DNA from: Tubulanus polymorphus
Lineage: Eukaryota; Animalia; Nemertea
NCBI RefSeq assembly: GCF_964204645.1
Contig: NW_027437430.1
Coordinates: forward strand, 62,001 to 126,000
Direction of reading: 5' to 3'
DNA: 64,000 bases
In this document: piece after piece, positions 46,801 to 58,161 of the stretch
How positions within the stretch are numbered: the stretch's first letter is position 1
Layout: each line of letters begins with the position of its first letter
Notes under the pieces: generated by a model
The model's input: only the letters and a program-made list of their open reading frames with translations
Database searches by the model: none
What the model was told of the DNA's origin: nothing
Program-made: the position numbers and the translations under genes

Positions 46801-49800
46801 CTGTCACAGTGTGAACATTTTTGGAATTGGAATTTTTCAGAACTGACGGTCGAGTGGCATTGGGCGATAATGGAGAACGTAGCATCGGTTCATTTGTCTC
46901 TGGTAATCCGTCATTACTAAACGAAATCGCCTTTTTCTTTTCAGTTTTGATATGTCCACTTCGTGTAGGTGGCAAACCTTTACTGTTACTGCTGCTGCTG
47001 CTGGAAGACTGAGCAGAACTAGTTTTACTATGAGAATCAAGTGAACTAGCGCGTGTTTGTTGCAATGACCTTTTCTGATCTCGCAGCACATCAGTTTCCT
47101 CTTTGCCCGTCTGTTTGCTAGCCATTTTAACAGCTAACGTAGGACTCATAGCATTAGTGTCATTATGATCTGAAAATGGATACCATTTAGAAGTAGTCTT
47201 GTAAAAATTAATAACTAAATTGCATAGACTTCATTTTTAGAAAAAAACACCCAAAATCGGAAGAACAGGTAGCATATATGTTTCTAAAGTTTCTGATTTA
47301 TATAAATCGGGGGTGGGTCTAAAAAATTGGAAAGCAGGTCCAAAAGAAGTGGGAGAGCATTCCTTGGATGAAGCAGCCATGCCGATAGATCCCCTTGGTG
47401 CTAGTAAAGAAATATACACCTGAAAAGATGCAATTTCTTAAACGATAAGTGTCATATTTACAGGTTATCATGATCTTTGTCTTGACAAAAAGGGCAACTT
47501 AATGGGAAGGTAGAGAACCAGACCTCCGAACGTACTCAGAAGTATTATGCCTGAAACATCAGAACGATATGCTAGCTGAACCAATGTGCTTCTTCTGTCC
47601 AATTGTGGATATTTAATTCTGCTACCAGCTTAAGATTGGTATTGGTCTAATTACAATCTCAGCCTTTGACTATCAAATACGTATATTTACAGGTTTTTTC
47701 AGATTTTTGCCGTCTGTCATTCGGCTTGTGTACAGAAGAATAAGTATTAAATCCACTGGTGCCCGAATCAGAACTAGAGCTTTTGTCATCACGTTTCAGT
47801 TTTGGACGCGTTCGAGGTCTCTCAAAATCTGAATGAAAAAAATATCATAAATATCTTCTGTTAAGAATAAATACATGTATTAGAAACACCTCAGTAAAAT
47901 GGAAGACTTTTTCCACTAAGTTTTCTTTTTAATGCTCAGAGGCTTGTGTGAAGCTCATATTACACGTACAATGAATGATTATCAACAGGTTTAACTCAGT
48001 AAATTGTCACCAGGTATAACTATAATTTTTCCATACCACAGAAAGAAATACTGTAGTCCATGAAGGAAATAAACAATGCGAACCTACTAGTGATCTGAAT
48101 AAGGCTCTGTGGGTTGAGGGACATACATAGGAAGTTGTAGAGTAAGACTACTCAACTTTCTATATATGTTCCTCAACCCACAGAGCCCTATTCAGATCAT
48201 TGGTAGGTTCACAGTGTTTATTTCCCTCATGCAGGAGGGAAGTCAGAGCACTCTACCACCACTAACATTGGAACGCGTTGATGAGAACAGTGACATGACT
48301 TCAAACCCATATGCCGTGACACTTCAATGAAAGTGAAAGTATATTTTTTAAATTTTATGAGCATTTTGAAAATCTATAGCACAAAACTATGTATAATGTA
48401 CGTCACTCGGGGTGGACTTTGAGCGCTATATTTGACATTCAAACCTGATAAAGGCTCGTCAGTCAACTGTTGATCCTTCATATTACCAGTTTCTTCCTCT
48501 CCAATAACAACATAATCATCAATGCTTTGTGGTCCTATAGCGTAGGTACTGGTGCTTGTATCGAAAGTCTTGTCTTCAAAATGTGTCGAGGTAAAAGAAT
48601 CAGGAGACCTATAGCTTCTAGATAGATAATTCGTGATCTTTCTATTATTCATATCTTCATCTTGGTGTCTGCTTCTATGTTTCATATCTTCATCTTGGTG
48701 TTTGTTTCCATGTTTCATATCTTCATCTTGGTGTTTGTTTCTATATTTCATATCTTCATCTTGGTGTTTGTTTCTATGTTTCATATCTTCATCTTGGTGT
48801 TTGTTTCTATGTTTCATATCTTCATCTTGGTGTTTGTTTCTATGTTTCATATCTTCATCTTGGTGTTTGTTTCTATGTTTCATATCTTCATCTTGGTGTT
48901 TGTTTCTATGTTTCATATCTTCATCTTGGTGTTTGTTTCTATGTTTCATATCTTCATCTTGGTGTTTGTTTCTATGTTTCATATCTTCATCTTGGTGTTT
49001 GTTTCTATATTTCATATCTTCATCTCGGTGTCCATCAGCTTTTCCATCCAAATGATCCTGACTTCCATTGTATTCTGAATGTCCATCCATCTTGTTTTTA
49101 CTGCCTGATGAATTGCTGGATCTTTTAGTCAAATGAATGCTAGGCGAAATGTCTTCAGATCTTCTACTCTGATGTTTGTCACCGAAGTGATCATGTTGAA
49201 ATCTAAGATCCGATTTGTCACTGTCACAATTCGAGTCATACTGATTTCCTATTCCATTTTGTTTCAAATCCATGGTTAGAAATTTCACAACTTTTTCAAA
49301 GGAGTTACTCATAAACATAAACACAAATCCGATATAGATAATGAATTTCAGGTATAAATAGAGAATATTCCAAACAGTAAGTACGAGAAATGAATTCCAG
49401 TTCCAAAAGATTTTGATAATCCCAGCTACAATATTACAAAGTAATATGTAGACACGCCAGAAAGGACTTATAAAGAAGTAGTCCACAATTAACATAGCCA
49501 GCACTGAGTGTTTCACCACTGACGACTGAATAACTGTCATGTGAATATTCGCCGTATTCCTAGTGTACAGGCAAATAATGCAAGTGAAAATCAATACGGG
49601 GTAAAACCCAAGGTTATTTATGTTCAAAGGCTGCATTATCTAAGTATTCACAATGAATATTATTAAACGCAGTCATTCAGGATTATTATGTGGGTTGAAC
49701 AAGACCCATTTCATGAACTGATACTTTTCATCAACCACGGTAAGCTAATAACACATAGAATCAAGATATATACGTTACCGATGAGAGGCATTTTCACATG

Positions 49801-52800
49801 AGTGGGTGGATTTAAAAATTCCTCTTCTTTCATTAATCCCATGATTGGTACGAGCGATGCATGATCAGACTTAGTTTTAAACAGTTGTTGATCTTTGTAT
49901 TTTCCGGTTCCCGACCCGACCGGGTTGTCCTAAAATATCGAAATGATAAATACCCAAGTCTTATTCATTTCCATAAATTACATGATATACATTTATTCAG
50001 ATATAACAGATATATGGAACAGATAGAACAGATATATATTAAAAAAATATTTAAAAAACATTCATTTGGAAAAACCTTCTATTTCCCTGATTCTCAACTC
50101 GGTGAAATAATTTCAGTCCTAACAGATTGGGTTTACTGTATGAAAACTTGTATACTTACAAATTCGACACCGACTGTGACTTCATCGGGTACATCAGGCA
50201 GGTATCCGATCCAGCGGACTGTACCGTATTCCGGGCCTCTATCGCTCAGCCAAACAACGCGTTCATTTTCAACTAACTGATGCTGTCCAGTTGACCGCAT
50301 TGCCATCGCCATAATTGGTGATGTAGCCGATGGTGGAGTTGCTATTGATGTAGTTGAACTGATACTAGAATACTGAGGAGTAGAAGGTGATGGTGTATAC
50401 ACAGGAGGAGGTACCGATGGCACAGCTGTATGATGATGATGATGGTGACTGTGCTGGTTTTGTCCGGGTCCACGGAAACGCCGGATTTTTGAGATATTCA
50501 CGAATATTCCACTGTCCGGTTCACACATGAAATAACGTTGACTCGACAATGTTCCATCAGTCGTTCCTCTACCTTTATTTTCCTGAAATGAGAAATTCAA
50601 AATTACTGTGTAACTCAAGGGTTTTTTTCATAGATAGGGGATGACCCATTCCGCGGTATCGCTGCCTTAGCTTTGAAAGATAGAAAACCACTCGCAATTA
50701 TTCAATCTATTAAATGTTGTTTATTCAATGTCTTACTGGAAATGATATTATTGCAGAGAGAATGAATACACGCTGAGTATCTGCGTTATGCTACTGATAA
50801 TAATTCAGGCAGGAATTGATTAATCAATGAAACACTACTGGATCATCGAAATAACAAGAATAGATTGAAACATCCAATAGTCCGTTCCCTGACAAAAATG
50901 TTATCACTCCAGTTGGGGGCTGGGCATTAATTGATAAGTTTTGTTTGCAGAAATATTGGCAGCCACAATAATCCAACCTCCATCTTAATTGATAAATGTA
51001 TCGACTGTTGACTTTCTTGCCTGGCATTTTCCTATCGTTTTTGCCCGTTCGCCACATTTTAGTAGCCATAGTGAACGTTATAAGTATTACACTCCTTTAA
51101 CTGATCAGGTGATAAAACCCAGATCAGAGCATTTGCCAGTTGTATTAGGCGAGGCAATTAATTACCAGAAAACAAATGTGTTAGAAACAGCAGTAAGAAT
51201 TTTACGAAATACTCAATCACTGTAATTACGAAGATTATTGAAGGGAATGAACATACCGCTACGCGAATACCATTGCACCAAACTATCACCCTGCTGGATT
51301 CTAATCTAAACTGTAGAATGGCATCAACAAAAATGTCATGTCAGACTTTGATGAAATCGTGTTTCTATCCCAGATTCATGTTTACATTTATGCTCCTAAG
51401 AAAGGTTAACCATTTCCAATACAGCAAAATCATCAAAAGAAGGCTGATAATACAGTACCAGCTGTCAGTATGGATGAGAGTTGAAATTTAACCTTGATGG
51501 GAATAAATGCCTATAAACTCTTCTTCAGTTAAGTTTCCTGGATACAATAAAAAAAGAATATATCACCATTATCCGAATATCCGAATAAGACGTGGATTTC
51601 GTTCCATTGCGACGCTAAGACTTTATAACGTTACCATAAAGAATCTACCAAAGATGACAAGAAAAGTTTTTTCAAAGAAAATAATTGTTTTGATGAGTGT
51701 ATGCGAGTACTCTACAGAATAAATGAATCTATTCAACTCTACGAGATATGACGAGGTAGAAATTTGGATAAGAAGAGCTGAATGAAGCTAGAATCGACAT
51801 TCCACAGATAAAGCTGCAGCTGTGCCAGAATAATTCCAACAAACAGTTCGTTCTCATCAGTGTGAGAAATATGGAAAAATACAACAAAGATTAAATGTTA
51901 CAAAGACTCTGACATGACTGTCACAACCCAGTCACAACCCAGTACGGTACAGCATTTTCTCCTACAACAACAAAGGTGTTATAATGAATAACCTATTCAA
52001 TCAAAGATCATATTTTGGAAGGTACTTGGAAGGTCTGATGAAGAATTTTGGGATGGAGAAATCTCAATCAGAGTGTACAAATACCAAAAATACCACAAGG
52101 TATGGCATAAGGGGGTTTGAATTTGTGCTGCAACTCGGTAGAATACTGTCATCTGATATTAATCAGCTGCCGGAAAAACATCTTCAGTGCGTATTCTTCC
52201 GCCTGGATTTCGTAACAGAATGAAAACAAGCTAAAGCAAACAACAAGCACGCTGCGCAACAGAACATCCTACATTATACTCTCCGCTCCTACTTAGGTAG
52301 GTACTTCAACCTTTCCTTTACTCATGAATTCATATCCTTTGACCTCAGCGCGAGGATGTAATAAATAAAACATTATGACCTCTCTACCTCGCTTTTCACT
52401 CTACCTTGAAGGTAAATACAGTCTGTTTATATGGACATATATTAAAGGTTGCCCGTGCTGATGTTGGAATGATACTTCCAGCTGGTGGAAATGCTGAGAA
52501 ATCATACCGCAATGGATTCCACCGACGCAAACTTTTTGACGTCAGATGCAAGGTGCATTTCAGAATTCTATTGGGTGAGAATGATTCAACCTTAGTGAAT
52601 TCTGCCAGATGTTCATTTTAATACTGTGTGGCCTACCGTAAAGCACATAGCTAGCCTTTATAGGAAGATGGCAATACGTCTAATAAAGTATCTATGACAT
52701 TATGTATGTTACTGAGCCTTCACCTCAAATATTATTCCAGAAAATATATATTTATATATATATACAACAGATATAGATTTTAAAAACTTATTAGTTTATA

Positions 52801-55800
52801 GCTCATCCTACATTTTCCATAAAATCCTTCCTGATATAAACTCTGATCATGTACGGAATCCCACAGCTCTGCTGTGAATAGGGACTACTCAGTGGGTTGA
52901 TGAGATATCATGTAGCCGAGACATTTCAAATAAAAGGTCGACGAAAGATTTCTAAATAGACTTTAAGACATTTAAGCGAATGTGACAGTTAATTTGGTGA
53001 GAGTATCCGGTATGCCTGGTCAGCTCAACGGTGGCTTATCACCGCATTAGTTCTGTCAACAAACCCTCGTCAGGACTTTCTCTTAATGGAATTTGCGATG
53101 GTTGAGACAGCATTCATACAGCATTTGATTTTGCACTTCAAAGAGAAGGCAAAACTAGCAATTAATCATTAATCATCATTGGCATATTCCTTTGAGCACT
53201 CCAGTCAATGTGCTACCTTAACTAATATCAATATTTCTAGCTAACTGCGGTTTGTCATTCTTGTAAAAAATTGAAAATATTGATGCCACTATTGATGCTA
53301 TTGTGTTATAGAGGATCCCGATGATGAAATCGAACAAAACCTTCATAAACCACAAACATTATCAGCAAACTGAGTCAGAGAAAACCACAAAGGTATGGTA
53401 AGGATCAGACCCAGACATCATTAGTAATATATGATATATTTTTAACCTGGGCCAGATTTGGCCCGTGCCCAATTAGGCCGCGACCGTCCGTTCACAGTGG
53501 TGCCAAATGGGGCCGTGTGTGTTTGATAGACTAAATTATGCCCGACAAAACCGTCGGACCAGGCCTGTGCCACATTTATTGGTAGAATTATTCTGTGTGT
53601 ATGCAACTTGGTTCTGGAAGTGACTTTTCCGCGCTTCTAATTACATCTATTTGATAGCATTTATGAGTTGAGTGATTTATAGGTGAACGCATTCTCTTAT
53701 TACGCATGGGTCAAATTTGACTCGGGCCTGGTGCAGGCCAGTTTGACCCGGGCCAAATAGTTTCCGTGTGATCGTGATAGCATACATTCATTAGCACGTA
53801 AGCAAGATAATTAACACGCCAATCAGGTCTCGTAAGTAATTATCGAAGAACCATAGGGATTGAAGAAATAATTAAAAACAAATTATCTTATCAAACTGTC
53901 TTGGTTTGATATGAAAGCTAGGGACCTTTTAATCTAAGAGAAATCATCTTTGACTTACGCTTAATCAATAACGAGTTCAGAAATGTTCAGCAAGTACTAG
54001 TCATTACATTTCCTAACTGGAAGCATTATATAATGAACATCATCTGTAGGAATATTCCTAATTATAAACTGTACAAAGATTCAATTAGTAAAGTAAGAAG
54101 CGCATCTGATACCCAGATGATTCCTACCAATCTAAAGCTGTAATTCTACCATCCTTTACTGAGCCTGGCCATAATCCACAGCCACTCATATATTGAATAT
54201 ATGACAACTGGAAATTTGCCATAGTTCGATGTTTTTAGCAGAAACAGAATCAAGTCATTGCCTGAACCGCTGTAGTTAACGCCTACACACAGACAGGCCT
54301 ACATCTTTACATATCAATGACACGATAATTTTTAAACCGGTTGTCGTATCATGGAAACCATGCCATAATTCGAAATTGGTGATCGGCATTAAACAAACAA
54401 TATGGCTGTTTGATGAAAACAGATGATTTTGAGATGTACGTAATTTGTATGCAGAGGAGATAGATTACGCTTTAATGACTGCAAATCAAATCTCATTGCA
54501 TCCGTAATGATAAATAGCCACATGAATATTTGAACACAACCAGCAGAGGAGACTCTTAAAATAGAGGCTTATGGCAAAAATCATGATATATGTCTAAATC
54601 AGAAAACTTTGATTCTTATGATAAAAGTTGTTTTAGGTGGAGTGCTCGGTGCTAAAAGCAATTATTTTCAGCTGCTTGGGGAAAAACTAATGATAGACTT
54701 AAACTCAAAATAAATTGGGGAATAGTGAAAATTTATCGTTAAATTCATTATAAATCAGTTTAATAATTTCTTAGGTGTAATCCACACTAGCGAATGTTGC
54801 TTCCATGCTGGTTTTACAATGAAGCGATGAACAAGAATTCTGTACAACAAAACGCCAGCAGTAAACTATGTTATCCTTGGCACACACAGATCTGTAAGTT
54901 ATATACAGCCTATACCTAAGTAACGAATGTTCAGCACCGAAGCTTATACCTTCCTCGTATTTATATATACCTGACGTACTGCTGTATAGGAACGGTACAT
55001 AAAGGTATTTGAGAAATTGTGTTACTGAATAAAATGTATGATGCACATAGCATATTTGCATGTACAACATATGTAACTAAAAATACAATCAAACTCTGAA
55101 TTAAATCATGCACTTAGCCAAGGTTATACCCAGCAATATCAAATTATGTATTGGCTTTTGAATATCTTATTTTCATCGGTAAGATCTTCCGAAATAGCAT
55201 AATCAGGGGTAACCCCGAGAACTTAAACTCATCACAATCTACTTCTGAATTTGATGTCAGACTTTCAATATTTTTTGATATGGTACCACACTAGCCATAA
55301 AACTATTAGCAAAGCAAAAACTGTTCCCGTTATCATAAACCATCGCTTAAACTGTTGATGAAATGATAGATGGTACAGGATTCAAAAACAATTCAAGCAT
55401 CATGCAGCATGGAAATCATAAGCTATAGGCTACAGCCATATAATTAAGAAATAATGTTTTTGAAACAGAAAGGTTCTACACCTTAAAACTCACCAATAGT
55501 TCAACACCAAACCATAAACCCCTTATTCCTGTCAAACATCCTTTGTATCGAATGATGCCCGAAGCGCGATCTGGTAGGTTTGGGTAATGTAATATTGAAA
55601 CAAAATCCGAAACCAGTAAATTCAGTCCTTCGTCGAGCCATTGCTGGTCATCAAACACTTTCACTCTATCTGCACATGTACTGATAGATGCCAATAATAA
55701 ATACTGTTCAAATGTTATCTTCGACACATCGTTTGGTGGACAACTTAATATAAGATTATCAAAATCTAATGACGCGAAGTATGAAAATCCGATCTTCTCG

Positions 55801-55967
55801 TGTTTCTTGGTTTGTTTATCCTCGTAATCTTTCCATAACGTTCCCGGTAGTACGGTTATTTCATCGCCGGCTTTTTGTCGTGATAAAAATCCAGTTTTTT
55901 CCTTCTTGTTCGCGATGTGTTCTTTTTTAAGAATATAACGAGGTCTCTGTTGTGTGTCTGATGCCAT
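43850..55967 (-). CDS. CYLD: CYLD deubiquitinase (three CAP-Gly domains + USP domain with zinc-binding insert)
   Basis: Exons ~55967-55494, 50582-50160, 49929-49779, 47828-47691, 47169-46756, 46648-46095, 46011-45858, 45775-45511, then short exons to the stop at 43850. CAP-Gly motifs GIIRYKG..WFGVEL, GTVRWIG..VGVEF, GVIRWIG..AGLEM; catalytic motifs [35 protein letters not shown]. Confidence 0.95.
48059..48231. repeat. Long fold-back inverted repeat (~85-bp arms) in a CYLD intron
   Basis: Left arm CATGAAGGAAATAAACAATGCGAACCTAC...GTGGGTTGAGG is the reverse complement of the right arm with about 10 mismatches; loop of a few nt near 48145. Confidence 0.9.
48374..49636 (-). CDS. Intronic 420-aa ORF in CYLD (hydrophobic N-terminus + 11-aa repeats); candidate alternative first exon
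   Basis: Same strand as CYLD, between exons 49929-49779 and 47828-47691. Internal phase-1 donors (TG|GTAATA at 48486, CAG|GTTTGA at 48444) match the phase-1 acceptor at 47828. Confidence 0.55.
   Translation of the reverse strand: MQPLNINNLGFYPVLIFTCIICLYTRNTANIHMTVIQSSVVKHSVLAMLIVDYFFISPFWRVYILLCNIVAGIIKIFWNWNSFLVLTVWNILYLYLKFIIYIGFVFMFMSNSFEKVVKFLTMDLKQNGIGNQYDSNCDSDKSDLRFQHDHFGDKHQSRRSEDISPSIHLTKRSSNSSGSKNKMDGHSEYNGSQDHLDGKADGHRDEDMKYRNKHQDEDMKHRNKHQDEDMKHRNKHQDEDMKHRNKHQDEDMKHRNKHQDEDMKHRNKHQDEDMKHRNKHQDEDMKHRNKHQDEDMKYRNKHQDEDMKHGNKHQDEDMKHRSRHQDEDMNNRKITNYLSRSYRSPDSFTSTHFEDKTFDTSTSTYAIGPQSIDDYVVIGEEETGNMKDQQLTDEPLSGLNVKYSAQSPPRVTYIIHSFVL
48648..49030 (-). repeat. 33-nt tandem repeat, ~12 copies ([11 protein letters not shown])
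   Basis: Unit CTTGGTGTTTGTTTCTATGTTTCATATCTTCAT on + repeated near-perfectly. Confidence 0.97.
53445..53775. mobile_element. Degenerate non-autonomous DNA-transposon-like element in CYLD intron 1
   Basis: GC-rich island of repeated GGGCCA.ATTTG.CCC palindromic units with CGTTCACA...TGTGATCG ends. Confidence 0.45.
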
Positions 55968-56319
55968 TTTGAGGGTAAACTATGAACAGCCATAAGATTA
56001 ATATCCTGATTAAAGTAAAGCGGTGTACTAATAGTGAGTGTGGGAGTGAGTTCGGCTATCAGACTGAGTGCTTTATCAGAGTTCTACATCTGAATGAAGT
56101 GCAAGACGTGTGTCGTAGACAATCCTCTGCCTGGTTCGTGTGTAGCTCCTTACTTTTTTATAGTTAATTAACACCGGTCTAATTACTCCTGACACTAATC
56201 AATTATTTGTAAGCAGTAAGTGAAAATAATATATCTAAACACGATAGTACACACCTTTACACCACTGCATCAACGTGAGCACTCATCCGTAGACAACATC
56301 AACATCATCAGCTGCTGCC

Positions 56320-56343
56320 GGGGTATCCCGATCGGGGATTCCC
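56320..56343. promoter_or_regulatory. Tandem NF-kB (kB) sites upstream of CYLD
   Basis: GGGGTATCCC (56320-56329) and GGGGATTCCC (56334-56343) both fit GGGRNWYYCC. Confidence 0.6.
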
Positions 56344-56849
56344 TTCAGCCTTGGTATCATTTATCACCTACAGAGGCAGCACCTGACGGTGTCTATGAAT
56401 ACAGTTTAATAATCTATTTCGATGTTTAAAAACCTGTATTTTGTAATTTTTGTGTTGTCCCTCTTACCTGCTTACTTACGCAGAGGGTTGCTCGTGGAGT
56501 AATCATTTGAAATGATTACTCCAAGGTTCAAATGATTACTCTAAGGTTTAATGTAGATAAAAGAAAACCAATCACACCAACCATTTGGTAATGATTACCT
56601 GCAGCTTTCCCACACTAAGAACATTTCACAATTTTTCCAACAAAACTATTTATTACATATCATGTATATATAATAAGTTCATAAATCATATTACAATAAT
56701 TTCAAATCTAGTTTCATACAATATCTTTGACCGTTTATATCCAAATATCTAATCAAGATTTTGATGTAATCTGAATCTTTGAAGAATTTGTTAAACTACA
56801 TTTCAAGCGAGCACAACTACGTATGTACAAGATCACAGAGCGATGAAAA

Positions 56850-57697
56850 CTAATGTCCATGGCTTCCATCTAGATAGAACCTCAAACCACAGTATCCACA
56901 AGTATGATTACCAGGTTGATCCTGAAAACAGTAATATACCATATGAAGCAATACTCAACGCTTATTATATAATTTCAGTGGATTTCAATAATCATTCAGT
57001 GGTCTTATAACATACCAGGTTGATAAAAACTTTAGGATGACCAAGTGGGCCGCCACCACCATCGCAATGCACTACTCTCTCTGTGCATGCCTTTGGAGGA
57101 ACCTCAGCAATTAAATCTATAGCAAAATTCTTATTGACCTAATGATTATGAAAAAAAAGAAGAAAAATGAACAATATATCTAAAATAAAAATTTAACAAA
57201 CAAAAGTATTGCAGCAGTTTGTTGTCGGTCTAAGATGTTCAATCAGCTCAACTTAAAAAGGCATCCTTTTAACTTACCACTTTGCTCTTTCCATCATTGA
57301 ATCTTGCTAGTCTCCAATCATTCTGCTCAAATTTCTAAAACAGATTACTTATTGTCTTTATACATTGCATAAACAAATTGTCACTAAATCAAGAAAGGCC
57401 CCGAGAATTTTCACTTTTCCTCCACTCCAGACAGACGTAAAAGTCCAACAACCAGAGCAGGACAAAACTGTCGGTCAAGAGAGACAGGAAGAAAACTCCA
57501 CCACCAGATCCCATTCCCCAAAACTATTTGATAGATTAATCTCATTTCATGTATTTTATTACCTGTCCAGTGTGTATTTGGAAATCTTCCCCTGACTGTG
57601 ACTGTGTAGAGTATAGTAATTTGGACCCTCTGTTGATCATAGGCCCGAATCTAGAAAAATATCGAGATTTTGTAACGATGTTGCCTAAGGTCGCCAT
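56850..57697 (-). CDS. NDUFS6: NADH:ubiquinone oxidoreductase subunit S6 (zinc-binding)
   Basis: Exons ~57697-57563 (presequence...HTGQ), 57334-57279 ([11 protein letters not shown]), 57138-57016 ([15 protein letters not shown]...[17 protein letters not shown]), 56921-56850 (CGYCGLRF). Confidence 0.95.
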
Positions 57698-57699
57698 TT

Positions 57700-57880
57700 T
57701 AGGAATCGCTAATTGTAGGAGCCGGACAACTGGAGTCTCCGAATAGCGGAGGGCTCCGACTATTCCCACATCCACTACTGCCAACTTCCGCTCCCTTCCA
57801 AGGTCACGTGGACATCGAGAATCGTTTTCTCGAATTTCTAAGCTTTTTTCGGCTTAAAATCATTATTGAAAATAGATAGG
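57700..57880. promoter_or_regulatory. Bidirectional promoter NDUFS6/CIAPIN1
   Basis: GC-richer island; ACTTCCG at 57784; GGTCACGTGG E-box at 57802; 5'UTR donor ~57880. Confidence 0.55.
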
Positions 57881-57962
57881 TAAATTAAATTTATCAAATA
57901 AATACAACCATCCTAGACGTGGTCGTTACGGTAGTGAAACCACTCAGAGAGAATGACTCTAT

Positions 57963-57965
<3 letters not shown>

Positions 57966-58042
<77 letters not shown>
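57966..58042. repeat. (TA)n microsatellite in the CIAPIN1 5'UTR intron
   Basis: Directly visible. Confidence 0.97.
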
Positions 58043-58046
<4 letters not shown>

Positions 58047-58161
58047 GTTAGAATAAATACATTTTACTACACTAAGTATCGACATAAACCGTTCTAAATT
58101 ATGTTCGCGATCCGCTGATTGTTTTGTTTTCCAGAATATTTGATTTCTTGAATCATCTAAG

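Noticed and set aside
48648-49030. 33-nt repeats as a CRISPR array
   Set aside because: Head-to-tail copies with no spacers, in animal DNA with no cas genes.
48633-49078. Two plus-strand hydrophobic repeat ORFs (140 and 138 aa)
   Set aside because: Antisense shadows of the stop-free 33-nt repeat; they start and end with it.
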